Origin: Vulcanimicrobiota bacterium | GTDB lineage: Bacteria; Vulcanimicrobiota; Vulcanimicrobiia; Vulcanimicrobiales; Vulcanimicrobiaceae | Reading direction: 5' to 3' | DNA: 64,000 nt | NCBI GenBank assembly: GCA_963714015.1 | Contig: OY970223.1 | Location: 480,001-544,000, forward strand | Shown here: positions 50,309 to 61,749 of the stretch, piece by piece | How the letters are laid out: each line of letters starts with the position of its first letter | Position numbering within the stretch: the stretch's first letter is position 1 | Made by a program: the position numbers and the translations under genes | The notes under the pieces: model-generated | What the model was told of the DNA's origin: nothing | What the model saw: the letters and a program-made list of their open reading frames with translations, nothing else | Database searches by the model: none

Positions 50309-50866
50309 ATGATCGATCGCAGCGGCGCCTCGGTCGCCCAGCTCGCCGCCAGCCTGTCTCGCGCGCGGTCGGGCGAAGCACCGGACGCGGAAGTGATCCA
50401 GTGGCTTCGCGCTGTTGCCGAGACGGCCCGATTAATTCCGCTGCCCAAAATCTGCGATCCCCGCCGAACCTACGGACGCACCCTGCTGCACCGCTGCGAG
50501 AACTTCGAAATTTTAGTGTTGCACTGGCAGCCGCATTCCGTTTCGGCGATTCACGATCACGGCGGTTCCCGGTGCTGGTTCGCCGTATCGCAAGGCACGA
50601 TGGGCGTCGAGAATTTCGTGCGTCGCGATTCCGGAGCGACGCCGGGATTCGCAAAGATTGGATTCGAGGGGCGAGAGTTGCTCTCGGGAGGCGCGATCGA
50701 TTACCGCCAAGACGACGTTCATTTACACCGCTGTTTTGCGGGCGAGGATCGGGTCGTGACGCTGCACGTGTACGCGCGTCCGATCGATCGCTTTCATACG
50801 TTCGACGAACGCGCGGATCGCTGCAGCGATGCGGCCTCTACCTACGACGCGATACTGAACGCTTAA
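50309..50866 (+). CDS. Cysteine dioxygenase family (cupin) protein
   Basis: YGRTLL, W...S.IHDHG, LHR, TLHVY. Confidence 0.85.
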   Translation: MIDRSGASVAQLAASLSRARSGEAPDAEVIQWLRAVAETARLIPLPKICDPRRTYGRTLLHRCENFEILVLHWQPHSVSAIHDHGGSRCWFAVSQGTMGVENFVRRDSGATPGFAKIGFEGRELLSGGAIDYRQDDVHLHRCFAGEDRVVTLHVYARPIDRFHTFDERADRCSDAASTYDAILNA

Positions 50867-53324
50867 CGCGCTTCACGGCACCGTTCGGACGGCGGCGCCC
50901 CTGCCCCGAACCGGGCCGGAGCGGCACCACGTTGCCGACGCGGCGATTGTCCTCTCCCAAGTCGACAGGCGTAATGATGCGCTTCCCGAGCGCATGATAC
51001 AGCACCTCGGAGAGTTCTTCCACGGGAACGAACGTCATCGTGTCCCGAACTTCCTTGGGAATGTCGTCGAGATCGATTTCGTTACGCTTGGGAAGAATGA
51101 TCTTCTTGATGCCTGCGCGTTTGGCGCCGAGCACCTTTTCTTTGAGCCCACCGATGGGCAGAACTTGACCGGTGAGCGTGATCTCACCCGTCATTGCAAC
51201 GTCCGGATCGACTTTGTTTCCCGTGAGCAGCGAGGTAATGGCTGTAGCCAGCGCGATGCCCGCCGACGGACCGTCTTTGGGCGTGGCGCCCGCCGGAACG
51301 TGAATGTGCAGATCGTGCTTGGCGAAATAGTCTTCGGGTAAACCGAGCTCGGCAGTACGCGATCTCAGGAAAGAAACGGCGGCCTGCGCGCTCTCCTTCA
51401 TGACGTCGCCGAGCTGTCCGGTGAGAACCAGATTGCCGCTGCCCGGCATCACCGTCGTCTCGATGAACAAAATATCGCCGCCGACGGGCGTGTAGAACAT
51501 TCCGGTGGAGACGCCGACCGAGGCAACGCGCTTCTTTACCTCGCTGTAGAACCGCGCCTTGCTGAGAAACTCATGGAGATTCTCGGCCTTGATGCGGCCT
51601 TTGTAACGCGACTCTTCGGCGATGCGGCGGGCGACCTTGCGGAACACCGTGCCGATCTCGCGCTCCAGGTTGCGCACTCCCGCTTCACGAGTATAGTCCG
51701 TGATGATGAGGCGCAGGGCGGCATCGTTCATTTGGACTTGCGACTCTTTGAGCCCGTTGACCTTACGCTGCTTGGGGATCAAATAGCGCTTGGCAATCTG
51801 AACCTTTTCGAGTTCGGTGTAGCCTGAGAGCGTGATGATCTCCATGCGATCGCGCAGTGGTCCGCTGACCGTGTCCAGCGTGTTGGCGGTGCAAACGAAG
51901 AGCACTTGGGAAAGATCGAACGGCAGATCCAGATAGTGATCCCGAAAGGTACTGTTCTGCTCCGGATCGAGAACTTCGAGCAGCGCGGATTGCGGATCGC
52001 CGCGAAAATCGGCGCCGACCTTGTCGATCTCGTCGATCATCATGACCGGATTGCGCGTCCCTGCGTCCCTAATCGCGCGCAGAATCGTTCCGGGCATCGA
52101 TCCGATATACGTTCGGCGATGACCTCGAATCTCGGCCTCGTCGCGCACGCCGCCGACGGAGAGACGCACGAATTTGCGGCCCATCGCGCGAGCAATCGAC
52201 TGTCCGAGCGACGTCTTTCCGACGCCCGGCGGCCCCACGAAGCACAGAATCGGGCCCGTCAGCCGGTTCTTCAGTTTGCCGACGGCCAAATACTCGACGA
52301 TGCGGTCCTTGATCTTTTCGAGATCGTAGTGATCCTCGTCCAGAATCTCGCGCGCGTGTTTGATATCGATGTGGTCCGTGGTCTCCTTTGACCACGGCAG
52401 CTGCACCAGCCAGTCCAAGTACGTGCGGATGACGCTGTATTCCGGGCTTGCCTGGGGAACTTTGGAGAGGCGATCCAGCTCGCGGTCCGCTGATTTGCGA
52501 ACCTCCTCCGGCATCTGCGCTTCTTCGATTTTGCCGCGCAGCTCGTTTGTCTCGGCGAGTTGCGGATCGACCTCGCCGAGCTCTTCCTGAATGGCGCGCA
52601 ATTGCTGGCGCAGGTAGAACTCGCGCTGGTTTTTTTCCATCTCGCGCTGGATGTCGGACTGAATCTTATGTCCGAGTTCGACGACTTCGAGCTCTTTGGT
52701 AAGCATCATCGTCAGCTTGCGCATGCGCTTCATCGTGTTGCGCTCTTCGAGCAGTGCTTGACGTTCCGCAGTTTCCAAGCGCATCGTCGACGCAACGAAA
52801 TACGTCAGGAGGTTGGGATCCGTGATATTTTGGACCTCCATCTCCATCTCGCGCGGCGCCTGCGGAAGATATCCGAGCAGCTTCTGGAAGAGACCGGCCA
52901 GATTTCGCTGCATGGCGACGAGCTCTTCGGACGAAACGGTAACGTCGGGCAGTTCGGTGTAGGCCGCGACCATGTAGGGTTCGGTCTGCACGAATTGCTC
53001 GATCTTGAATACCGACTGACCTGCGACGATGCAGCGCAGCGTGCCGTCGGGTACCTTGAGCATCTTCTGCACCGTTCCGATGGTGCCGATGCGATGCACG
53101 TCGTTCGGGCCGGGATTTTCGGTCTCGCGGTTCTTGAGCACCGTAAGCGCTATCGGCTTGCCGTCACGGAGCGCTTCCTCGACGAGCTGAATTCCGGGCT
53201 TTTTCACGACCGCAAGCGGTATAACGGTGTTGGGAAACAGCACTGCCTCTTGCAGCGGCAAAACGCCGACCGTATTGGCCGCAGCCGGCTGCGAATCATT
53301 AACGTTTTCTTTTTGTGCGGCCAT
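50838..53324 (-). CDS. lon: ATP-dependent protease La
   Basis: LCFVGPPGVGKTS, IRGHRRTYIG, IDEIDK, PKDGPSAG, IGGLKEK. Confidence 0.97.
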   Translation of the reverse strand: MAAQKENVNDSQPAAANTVGVLPLQEAVLFPNTVIPLAVVKKPGIQLVEEALRDGKPIALTVLKNRETENPGPNDVHRIGTIGTVQKMLKVPDGTLRCIVAGQSVFKIEQFVQTEPYMVAAYTELPDVTVSSEELVAMQRNLAGLFQKLLGYLPQAPREMEMEVQNITDPNLLTYFVASTMRLETAERQALLEERNTMKRMRKLTMMLTKELEVVELGHKIQSDIQREMEKNQREFYLRQQLRAIQEELGEVDPQLAETNELRGKIEEAQMPEEVRKSADRELDRLSKVPQASPEYSVIRTYLDWLVQLPWSKETTDHIDIKHAREILDEDHYDLEKIKDRIVEYLAVGKLKNRLTGPILCFVGPPGVGKTSLGQSIARAMGRKFVRLSVGGVRDEAEIRGHRRTYIGSMPGTILRAIRDAGTRNPVMMIDEIDKVGADFRGDPQSALLEVLDPEQNSTFRDHYLDLPFDLSQVLFVCTANTLDTVSGPLRDRMEIITLSGYTELEKVQIAKRYLIPKQRKVNGLKESQVQMNDAALRLIITDYTREAGVRNLEREIGTVFRKVARRIAEESRYKGRIKAENLHEFLSKARFYSEVKKRVASVGVSTGMFYTPVGGDILFIETTVMPGSGNLVLTGQLGDVMKESAQAAVSFLRSRTAELGLPEDYFAKHDLHIHVPAGATPKDGPSAGIALATAITSLLTGNKVDPDVAMTGEITLTGQVLPIGGLKEKVLGAKRAGIKKIILPKRNEIDLDDIPKEVRDTMTFVPVEELSEVLYHALGKRIITPVDLGEDNRRVGNVVPLRPGSGQGRRRPNGAVKRVKRSVSRRR

Positions 53325-53327
53325 GTT

Positions 53328-53759
53328 CTAAGCCAGAATCCTTTTGACGATCATTCGTATTTCGGTGCGCGTTGCAGGCAGAAATTCGGCCGGCGCAATC
53401 GGCAACGCAATGGTGAGCATGCCGTCGCCGTAGGTTGCGGTCACTTCTCCGTACTGCACCGCGACCGGCAGATGAAGTTTTTTGACGAAATCGCCGCCGG
53501 CTATCTCTTTTTGGAGATAGGACCCGCCGCGCAAGCGAGCGGCTTCCGAGCGCCTGCCGGAGATAAACATGTGCCGCTCGTCGACGAAAATGCGCAGACT
53601 CTCGCTCTCCGCTCCGGCGACCTCGACGCGCACGATGAGAGCGCGTCCCTCCTCGTCTATCACCACGTCGGCGTTGGGCTGCCAGCGGCCGGCATTGGGC
53701 CGCCGGACCAATTCCGCGAAGAGCCGCTCGAACTCGGCCCGCGGGTCGTCAACATCCAT
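53328..53759 (-). CDS. Hsp20/alpha-crystallin small heat-shock protein
   Basis: WQPNADV, VEVAG, ISGRR, EI..G.F, ATYGDGMLTI.LP. Confidence 0.88.
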   Translation of the reverse strand: MDVDDPRAEFERLFAELVRRPNAGRWQPNADVVIDEEGRALIVRVEVAGAESESLRIFVDERHMFISGRRSEAARLRGGSYLQKEIAGGDFVKKLHLPVAVQYGEVTATYGDGMLTIALPIAPAEFLPATRTEIRMIVKRILA

Positions 53760-53780
53760 CTTTGCAATAAACCTTCATCG

Positions 53781-53807
53781 TTAGCAATGAGATGCGGCGA
53801 GTGCTAA
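53781..53807. promoter_or_regulatory. CIRCE element (HrcA operator) upstream of hsp20-lon
   Basis: TTAGCAATG-N9-GAGTGCTAA versus consensus TTAGCACTC-N9-GAGTGCTAA. Confidence 0.85.
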
Positions 53808-53891
53808 CCCCTTTCCAATGGCTTCCTTGAACGGAATACCGAGGCAAGCATCTGCAGGACCACCGCGGCGCCGCAGTCCAAGTCGGCCTTC

Positions 53892-54695
53892 ATGAGCGGC
53901 GCGGCTTCCAACGGTGTCGACTTCTCCCGCGCGATTCGCACGTATGGCGACGCGCGGAATCCGCCCATTTTGTTCCTGCACGGCATTCGCTTGGGCGCGG
54001 CGATTTGGGAGCCCCATGCGAACGAGCTCAGCGACGAATTTTTCGTCGTCACCCCCGATCTTCCCGGACACGGCCGCTTGGCCGGCCTCCCTTTCGAACC
54101 ATCGTTGAACGACGCGTTTTTGGCATACATCGCTGAAAACGTTACGACGCGCGCGCCGCTGGTGGTCGGATATTCGCTCGGCGGCTACGTCGCAATGCGC
54201 TATGCGGTCGATTTGCCTGACCGCACGGCGGGACTGCTGATTAGCGGGTGCTCGACCGACGTCGTTGAGGGGAAAGCGCTGCTCTACGAGCTCGCGGTCG
54301 CGTTCGCGAGCCAATTTTCGGCGCGGCGTCTGCAGAATTTCTTGGCGCTCTGCTTTCAACTTACGTTGCCAAACCGCGTAACGGACGTCGTCATTCCGCT
54401 TCCGTTCAACCAGCGGGTCTTCGAAACCAGCCGTTCGACGATTGTGAACGTGCGTTACAGCGAACTGCTTGCGTATTACCCCAAGCCCGTGATGATCGTC
54501 AATGGCGAATATGACGCACTGTTCCGCCCGGATGAAAACAAATATGCTCAAGCCGCCAACGCCGAATTGATCGTCGTGGAGGGATCGGATCACGCTGTGC
54601 CGCTGCGCCGCCCCAAGGAGTTTTCCACTTACGTGCGGCGGTTCGCGCGGAGCGTCTTTAGCCCCGAAGCCTCCCCCGAAGGATGTGCTCGCTAA
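53892..54695 (+). CDS. Alpha/beta hydrolase
   Basis: LFLHG, PDLPGHG, GYSLGG, GEYD, SDH. Confidence 0.88.
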   Translation: MSGAASNGVDFSRAIRTYGDARNPPILFLHGIRLGAAIWEPHANELSDEFFVVTPDLPGHGRLAGLPFEPSLNDAFLAYIAENVTTRAPLVVGYSLGGYVAMRYAVDLPDRTAGLLISGCSTDVVEGKALLYELAVAFASQFSARRLQNFLALCFQLTLPNRVTDVVIPLPFNQRVFETSRSTIVNVRYSELLAYYPKPVMIVNGEYDALFRPDENKYAQAANAELIVVEGSDHAVPLRRPKEFSTYVRRFARSVFSPEASPEGCAR

Positions 54696-54701
54696 GGACC
54701 C

Positions 54702-55415
54702 TTGGCCCAAAAGAGGCCGGTTGAAGGGCCCGCGCAAGGGCATAGGCTCATTTGGTACGCTTCTAACGTGAAGAGTGAAGCGCTGGAGCGTTATGCAGAC
54801 CTGGTAGCCCCGCGCACGGTCGCAATTTACCGCGTAGGGCCGGCATCCGCGGACGCGCTCCGCGCACTTATCATCACGAGCCGCATCGGCATCGACAATC
54901 CGTACTATTACTCGGTGCGAGAGCGCTTGCCCCAGCGGTTTGCCCAGCAATTCGCGGAGGAACCGTTCGTCGTGCCGGGCTGGTCGGTCCGTGCCCTCCA
55001 GCATTGGACGCGGCCGCCGCTCGAGCTCATGCGCGGACATGACGTGGCGCGCTCGCTTCCGGCGCTGGAGAACGAAAACGAGTCGTTGTGCCGCGCCCTG
55101 GAAACGTACTGCGCAGGCGGTGAACCGGAAAAACGGCTCTCAGGTTTTGGCTCGTTCGACGTTGCGCAAGCGCGCCGTCTGCTGTACGGAGAAGCGACGC
55201 ACGAGGCACTCGATCGTGAATACGCCTTCGAACGCACGCGACTCATCGAAGGATATTTCCACGACCTCGCGTCGATGGGATTCGGCTACGGCGCGCTTTT
55301 CCAGGCTCGAGCGTATCCGCACGCAGTACGCGCGGCAGACTCGGCCACGTTCCTGCACAATGTTGTACGCAACTTCTATCACGTACGCCGCCGAATTGAG
55401 GAATACGTAGCCTAA
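54702..55415 (+). CDS. Hypothetical protein
   Basis: Long ORF filling the gap between genes on the same strand; start may be GTG 54768. Confidence 0.65.
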   Translation: MAQKRPVEGPAQGHRLIWYASNVKSEALERYADLVAPRTVAIYRVGPASADALRALIITSRIGIDNPYYYSVRERLPQRFAQQFAEEPFVVPGWSVRALQHWTRPPLELMRGHDVARSLPALENENESLCRALETYCAGGEPEKRLSGFGSFDVAQARRLLYGEATHEALDREYAFERTRLIEGYFHDLASMGFGYGALFQARAYPHAVRAADSATFLHNVVRNFYHVRRRIEEYVA

Positions 55416-55449
55416 AAGCAAACGGCCGATCCTGCGCGAAAGGGCCGCC

Positions 55450-56796
55450 ATGGCTAAACTCGTGCGGCGCTTGGGCGTCTTCGATGCCGCTCTCATCGTC
55501 ATGGGCGGCATCATCGGCTCAGGGATTTTTCGCAACCCCTCGGTCGTAGCAAAGATCGTACATAGCCCGGCGCTCGTGCTGTTGGCGTGGACTTTCGGCG
55601 GTATCATCGCGCTCTTGGGCGGCTTTGTTTTTGCGGAGCTTGCAGAACGCCGTTCCGCGGATGGCGGCCTGTACGCGTACATGCGCGACGCCTATCATCC
55701 CGTCGTCGCGTTTATGTACGGTTGGACGCTGCTGCTTGTCTCGCAAAGCGGCGGTATGGCCGCGTCGGCCGTAACCTTCGCGGGCTACTTCGGGCCGCTG
55801 ACGGGCCTGCACATCGACGAGCGGCTTCTAGGTGTCGGTACGCTGGCGCTGCTCACGATCGTGAACTGTTTCGGCGTGCGCGCCGGCAGCAACGTGCAGA
55901 ACTTTTTCATGGTAGTCAAGATTGCCGCAATTGCCGCGCTTATCGGCGTGGGGGTATTCGCGCATCCGACTGCCGGGGCCGCGGCGGCGGGCGCCGGATT
56001 CAACAGCTCGCTCGATCTGATCACCGCGATGGGCTTGGCAATGATCCCGGTGCTCTTTGCGTACAGCGGATGGCAGACGTCGAGCTTCATGACCGGTGAA
56101 CTGAAAAACCCGAAGCGCACGCTTCCGTTAGGAATGATTGTCGGCGTGGTAGGCGTCGTCGTGCTGTACATGCTCGTCAACATCGTCTGCCTTCACGTGC
56201 TCGGCGTGCGCGGGCTGATGAATACGGACACGCCCGCAAGCGACGTCGTTCGAGCATTCATGGGCCCGCGCGGCGCGCAGTTGATTGCGGCGGCCGTTTG
56301 CCTCTCCACGTTCGGTTTCATCAGCAACCAGATCCTGACGTCGCCCCGCGTGTATCACGCGATGGCCGAGGACGGAATCTTCTTCAAACCCGTCGCGTGG
56401 GTGCATCCGCGCTCGCGCGTACCGGTAGTGGCAATCGCGCTTCAAGGCGCAGTTGCAATCGCCATCGCGCTGCTCGGCAATTACGATCAAATTTTGAACT
56501 ACGTGACGTCGGTCGACTACACGTTCTTTACGCTTTCTGCGCTCGCGCTGTTCATCTTCCGGGCGCGGGATAAACGCGCCCCGCTCGCCGTACAACCCGC
56601 ATTCCGCGTGCCGGGACATCCGGTTTCGACCGCGATATTCATGGTTGTCGCCGTCGCAGTCGTCATCGATACGTACGTCAAGCAGCCCCTCAACAGTTTT
56701 ATCGGTCTGGCGATCCTGCTTGTGGGAATACCGGTCTACTTCGTATTCCTGCGCTCTGGGCTGACGGCAGCTACCCCCGGGGACGGTTTATCGTGA
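55450..56796 (+). CDS. APC-family amino acid permease
   Basis: GGIIGSGIF, FAEL...GGLYAY, FAYSGW, ELKNPKR, PRVYHAMA. Confidence 0.92.
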   Translation: MAKLVRRLGVFDAALIVMGGIIGSGIFRNPSVVAKIVHSPALVLLAWTFGGIIALLGGFVFAELAERRSADGGLYAYMRDAYHPVVAFMYGWTLLLVSQSGGMAASAVTFAGYFGPLTGLHIDERLLGVGTLALLTIVNCFGVRAGSNVQNFFMVVKIAAIAALIGVGVFAHPTAGAAAAGAGFNSSLDLITAMGLAMIPVLFAYSGWQTSSFMTGELKNPKRTLPLGMIVGVVGVVVLYMLVNIVCLHVLGVRGLMNTDTPASDVVRAFMGPRGAQLIAAAVCLSTFGFISNQILTSPRVYHAMAEDGIFFKPVAWVHPRSRVPVVAIALQGAVAIAIALLGNYDQILNYVTSVDYTFFTLSALALFIFRARDKRAPLAVQPAFRVPGHPVSTAIFMVVAVAVVIDTYVKQPLNSFIGLAILLVGIPVYFVFLRSGLTAATPGDGLS

Positions 56797-56838
56797 GAAG
56801 CCGGATGCGGCCTTGACGATCTCGCGCGGGAAGCCGGC

Positions 56839-57261
56839 TTACTGGTAGAAGATCGTAATCTGCTGTCCCGAGACGTAGATCGCGACAACCTGACTGATCG
56901 TCACGTTTTTCGCGAGCAGAAGCTTCGAGAGCGGCATTATCACGTCGTCGCTACCGGTTAGCGTCGTATGCGTGAGTGTGTCGCGCATGTCCGAAATGTC
57001 CGAAGCGTTCTTTTTCATTGCCGCCTTGAACGCGGCTTCGTCTCCCGGCGAGAGTACGCTTTGAACGTCAACGATTTCGAATTGACTTTGGCTCAGATCG
57101 GCCATCATCGAGCGCAGTTTATCGGTCTGCGCCGCGACGTTCTTGACCGCCGTGACGAGCTCGCCCGAGCCGGCAGCGTAGGCCGGCAATACGAGCGCTC
57201 CGGTGAGAGACGCAGCAAAAAGGACCGACGATAGAGCCGCCGACAAACGGAGTTTGACCAT
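56839..57261 (-). CDS. Secreted hypothetical protein
   Basis: AAGGAGG SD, signal peptide ending AYA. Confidence 0.75.
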   Translation of the reverse strand: MVKLRLSAALSSVLFAASLTGALVLPAYAAGSGELVTAVKNVAAQTDKLRSMMADLSQSQFEIVDVQSVLSPGDEAAFKAAMKKNASDISDMRDTLTHTTLTGSDDVIMPLSKLLLAKNVTISQVVAIYVSGQQITIFYQ

Positions 57262-57356
57262 GACATCCGCCTCCTTGTGCTTATAGTATAGCGCAAATCG
57301 GCAGCCTGGTGGGAGCGAGGCCTCGCGAGCGCCGCACCCGCACGGCGCTCCGGTAT

Positions 57357-57881
57357 CTAAGGCGTTAGGTCACCGCAAGAGACGTAGGTCTTCAGATCGT
57401 TGAGGCTCTTGTGAACGTTGATTGCATAGTGGCCTTTTTTGAGTTCGGCCACCGAGACACCCGAGATGTTCGTCATGGAGGAACCGTTCACGACGTTGTT
57501 CAGGCTCTTCCATGGAGCCGGATCGATGTTCTTGCACGTTCCCTTGTGAATGTGCGCGGGCTCGGAGGCGCCTTTGGGCTCGTTGTAGACGTGAATGGAG
57601 ACCTGCAGGCCGCCGTTCTTGTCACCGGCGCTGGCCGCCCCGTCCTGCTTAGAACCGTTGAGCGCACCCATATTGATGTTCAGCAGATGTCCGGATATGG
57701 CGTTGTGCGCGTTGTGCAGCGGATTGAACTGCTTTACCCGAGTGCCGCTGCTCATCGTATTTCCCGTATTGGTCGTGTTGCCGTTGTTGCCGTTGTTGCC
57801 CTTATTGCCGCCACCGCAGGCGCAAAGTAAAAGCGCCGCAACCAGTGACGCGGCAGCAAGGCGAAGCGTAGTTGGATTCAT
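57357..57881 (-). CDS. Lipoprotein with CHRD/Cu-Zn-SOD-like His/Cys domain
   Basis: Lipobox LLCAC, Asn/Gly linker, PAHIHKGTC, YAINVH, VSCGD. Confidence 0.7.
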   Translation of the reverse strand: MNPTTLRLAAASLVAALLLCACGGGNKGNNGNNGNTTNTGNTMSSGTRVKQFNPLHNAHNAISGHLLNINMGALNGSKQDGAASAGDKNGGLQVSIHVYNEPKGASEPAHIHKGTCKNIDPAPWKSLNNVVNGSSMTNISGVSVAELKKGHYAINVHKSLNDLKTYVSCGDLTP

Positions 57882-58017
57882 GCTTGCTCACTCTCCGAAA
57901 AGGACAGGTTTTCATTGCTTATTACCTATTCGATGCGAGCGTTAACGACGAGCGGGCAGCAGCCTTTATTTCGGCTGCCTAGCGCTCGCCTGATGCCGGC
58001 AAATTTAGACGGATTAT

Positions 58018-58055
58018 AAAACAAAAGGGCCCTGCGGTCGCCCGCCGGGCCCTTT
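58018..58055 (-). terminator. Intrinsic terminator of groEL
   Basis: AAAGGGCCC...GGGCCCTTT stem with TTTTGTTTT tail on minus strand. Confidence 0.7.
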
Positions 58056-58081
58056 CTCAAACGTAACCGCGCGAGCGCGAA

Positions 58082-59755
<1,674 letters not shown>

Positions 59756-60061
59756 TTAAACGCCGGCCGGAACTTTGTCGACGATGGCGAGGACGTCTTT
59801 TTCAGAAATGATGAGGTACTCGGTGCCGTCAATCTTGACTTCGGAGCCGGAGTACTTGGAATAGATGATGCGATCGCCGACCTTGACATCCATCGAGATC
59901 TTGGTGCCGTTCTCGAGCGTGCGGCCGGTGCCGACCGCGCGAACGAGACCTTCTTGCGGCTTCTCTTTGGCAGTGTCCGGGAGAAACACGCCGCCGGCAC
60001 TCCTGTCTTGCTGTTCGACGTGTTCAACGACCACGCGATCGCCCAAGGGCTTGAGATTCAC
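59756..60061 (-). CDS. groES: Co-chaperonin GroES
   Basis: GGAGG SD + [34 protein letters not shown]. Confidence 0.97.
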   Translation of the reverse strand: MNLKPLGDRVVVEHVEQQDRSAGGVFLPDTAKEKPQEGLVRAVGTGRTLENGTKISMDVKVGDRIIYSKYSGSEVKIDGTEYLIISEKDVLAIVDKVPAGV

Positions 60062-60117
60062 GAAAACCTCCAAAAAATAGGTGTAAGCGCCCGAGTGGAC
60101 TCGGGCCAATCTAGCCG

Positions 60118-60144
60118 TTGGCACTCTCAGCAGAAGAGTGCCAG
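60118..60144. promoter_or_regulatory. CIRCE element upstream of groES
   Basis: TTGGCACTC-N9-GAGTGCCAG. Confidence 0.85.
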
Positions 60145-60151
60145 CCATGGA

Positions 60152-60180
60152 ATATTAGCAGAGTAGTGTTAAGACTGCAA
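60152..60180 (-). promoter_or_regulatory. Sigma70 promoter of groESL
   Basis: Minus strand TTGCAG-17nt-TAATAT with TG extension, immediately upstream of CIRCE. Confidence 0.7.
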
Positions 60181-60243
60181 GCACCTTTTGCGGGCCCTGA
60201 ACGGACTCGCGGCCGGGCGCTTGGCTGCCTAGGGGCCGCTCAC

Positions 60244-60693
60244 CTATTGCGTCGTAAAAGACCCGATCTGCTGGCTTTCAACGCAGTCGGAGTTCAAGTT
60301 GTTTAGATAGACCGCGATGGAAGAACCGGCGACGTCGAGCGCAGAGAAAGTGCTCGTTTGATAAACCGGGTTGGCGAACGTGGGCGTCTGATTCGGGGTC
60401 GGTAGCGGAGCCGGCGCCGTTTGGAAAGCGCCGCCCTGCAAGCCTTGACCGGTCGCCGGCGCGATGAGCGTCACGCCCCAGCCGGACGGAATCGCGGATG
60501 TCGATCCAACGATGACTTGGGTCAGCGAGTCCGGTACTCCCGTCGCGCCGGGAGCGGGATAAACCATTACTGTCTGCGAGACGCCCGGCGGTGTACCGCA
60601 CGGACCGGGCGCCGAAACGCCGCTGTTGTTGTTGCAGGCAACGAGCGCAATCCCGCAGATTGCGAGCGTGCCCCAAGGCAGAAATCTGTTCAT
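60244..60693 (-). CDS. Hypothetical lipoprotein
   Basis: Lipobox ALVAC; YPAPGATGVP Ig-like start; two further Cys. Confidence 0.75.
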   Translation of the reverse strand: MNRFLPWGTLAICGIALVACNNNSGVSAPGPCGTPPGVSQTVMVYPAPGATGVPDSLTQVIVGSTSAIPSGWGVTLIAPATGQGLQGGAFQTAPAPLPTPNQTPTFANPVYQTSTFSALDVAGSSIAVYLNNLNSDCVESQQIGSFTTQ

Positions 60694-60736
60694 AGCGCGC
60701 ATTATTTCAAATCCACCTTAGCAAAGGCCATGAAAC

Positions 60737-61687
60737 TCAAGGAATTCGGATATGAGCGCCGGGCTGGAACGGATCGAAGTGCATCATGGTGCGATGCAGC
60801 CACGAATGCCGTTTTGGTCCGGGTGAAGGCGAGGGCGTCGGCACGGAGACGTTTCCGGCGACCTCAGCGGCCTGAGGCGATGCACTCGGCAGCGGCGTTG
60901 CATCGCTGTACGAGTTCGGCATGTCCTGAGTATCCAGCGGAGAGGCATTTACGACGGGCGGCGCCATGGCATTAACCGTCAGCGTGGCCGCTCCCGGGGG
61001 CGGAGTTTTTGAACGGCGCTGCCGGATGCGTCGAGCCGGAGCCGGCGCCTGTTGGATCGTCGCGGCGGGCACACCGGCCGGCTGTTGCGGGGTCTCCAAC
61101 GGTACCTGAACCGGTTGCGGCGCTACCGCAACGTGCATGGGGCGGCGCCGCGCCGGCGGCGGCGAAACCGAAATCCGGCGGTGCTGCCGAGTCGATGGCG
61201 GCTGGGAGATCTGAGGTGCTGCAACAACTGCCGCGCGCGGCAAAGGCTGAGGCGCTTGCGCAGCCGCCCGCGCGCTGGAGATCGCATGCTCCGCGCCGGC
61301 TCCCAGGAGCAAGAGCGCTGCTGCTGCACCCGCGAGCACCGTTCTTCGATCCGCCAAGCCCCGGCGTTCTTCGCCGATCGCGACCATGCGGTGCGCCGGA
61401 CAATGGTCCAACACGGCGGATGCGAACGCCGGACCGAACAAGTTTACCGCCCGCAGATTGCTCTTGAGAAACTGAACGAACGCGCGTGTAAGGACGTCGT
61501 CGTTCTTGTCCTTTGCAAGCACTTGCGTTAGCTCTTCGCTATAGTAACTTCCGCCTTTGGCGATGCCCTCGTGCAAGAGCGCCCGGACGGTCGTTCCGTC
61601 GAGCGTGCAAACATAGCGCTCAATCGCCTGCGCGAGATCGAACGGATCGGTTTGGGCAAGCAGTTCGTCGAGACGGTGAACAGCCAC
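60737..61687 (-). CDS. Hypothetical single-TM protein with Pro-rich C-terminal region
   Basis: Helical N-terminal domain, TM VLAGAAAALLLLGAGA, Pro/Ala/Gln-rich tail. Confidence 0.7.
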   Translation of the reverse strand: MAVHRLDELLAQTDPFDLAQAIERYVCTLDGTTVRALLHEGIAKGGSYYSEELTQVLAKDKNDDVLTRAFVQFLKSNLRAVNLFGPAFASAVLDHCPAHRMVAIGEERRGLADRRTVLAGAAAALLLLGAGAEHAISSARAAAQAPQPLPRAAVVAAPQISQPPSTRQHRRISVSPPPARRRPMHVAVAPQPVQVPLETPQQPAGVPAATIQQAPAPARRIRQRRSKTPPPGAATLTVNAMAPPVVNASPLDTQDMPNSYSDATPLPSASPQAAEVAGNVSVPTPSPSPGPKRHSWLHRTMMHFDPFQPGAHIRIP

Positions 61688-61749
61688 GACTTATCTTTTA
61701 CCCGGCATACGCCAGGCCATGGCAGTACGGGCTCGAAGGCAGCGAGCAC

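Noticed and set aside
57770..57810. Short CCGTTGTTG-type tandem repeat
   Set aside because: Encodes the Asn/Gly linker of a lipoprotein; not an independent element.
57885..57910. Glycine-riboswitch-like CTCT..AAAAGGACAG
   Set aside because: Wrong strand relative to the adjacent gene and no upstream aptamer elements.
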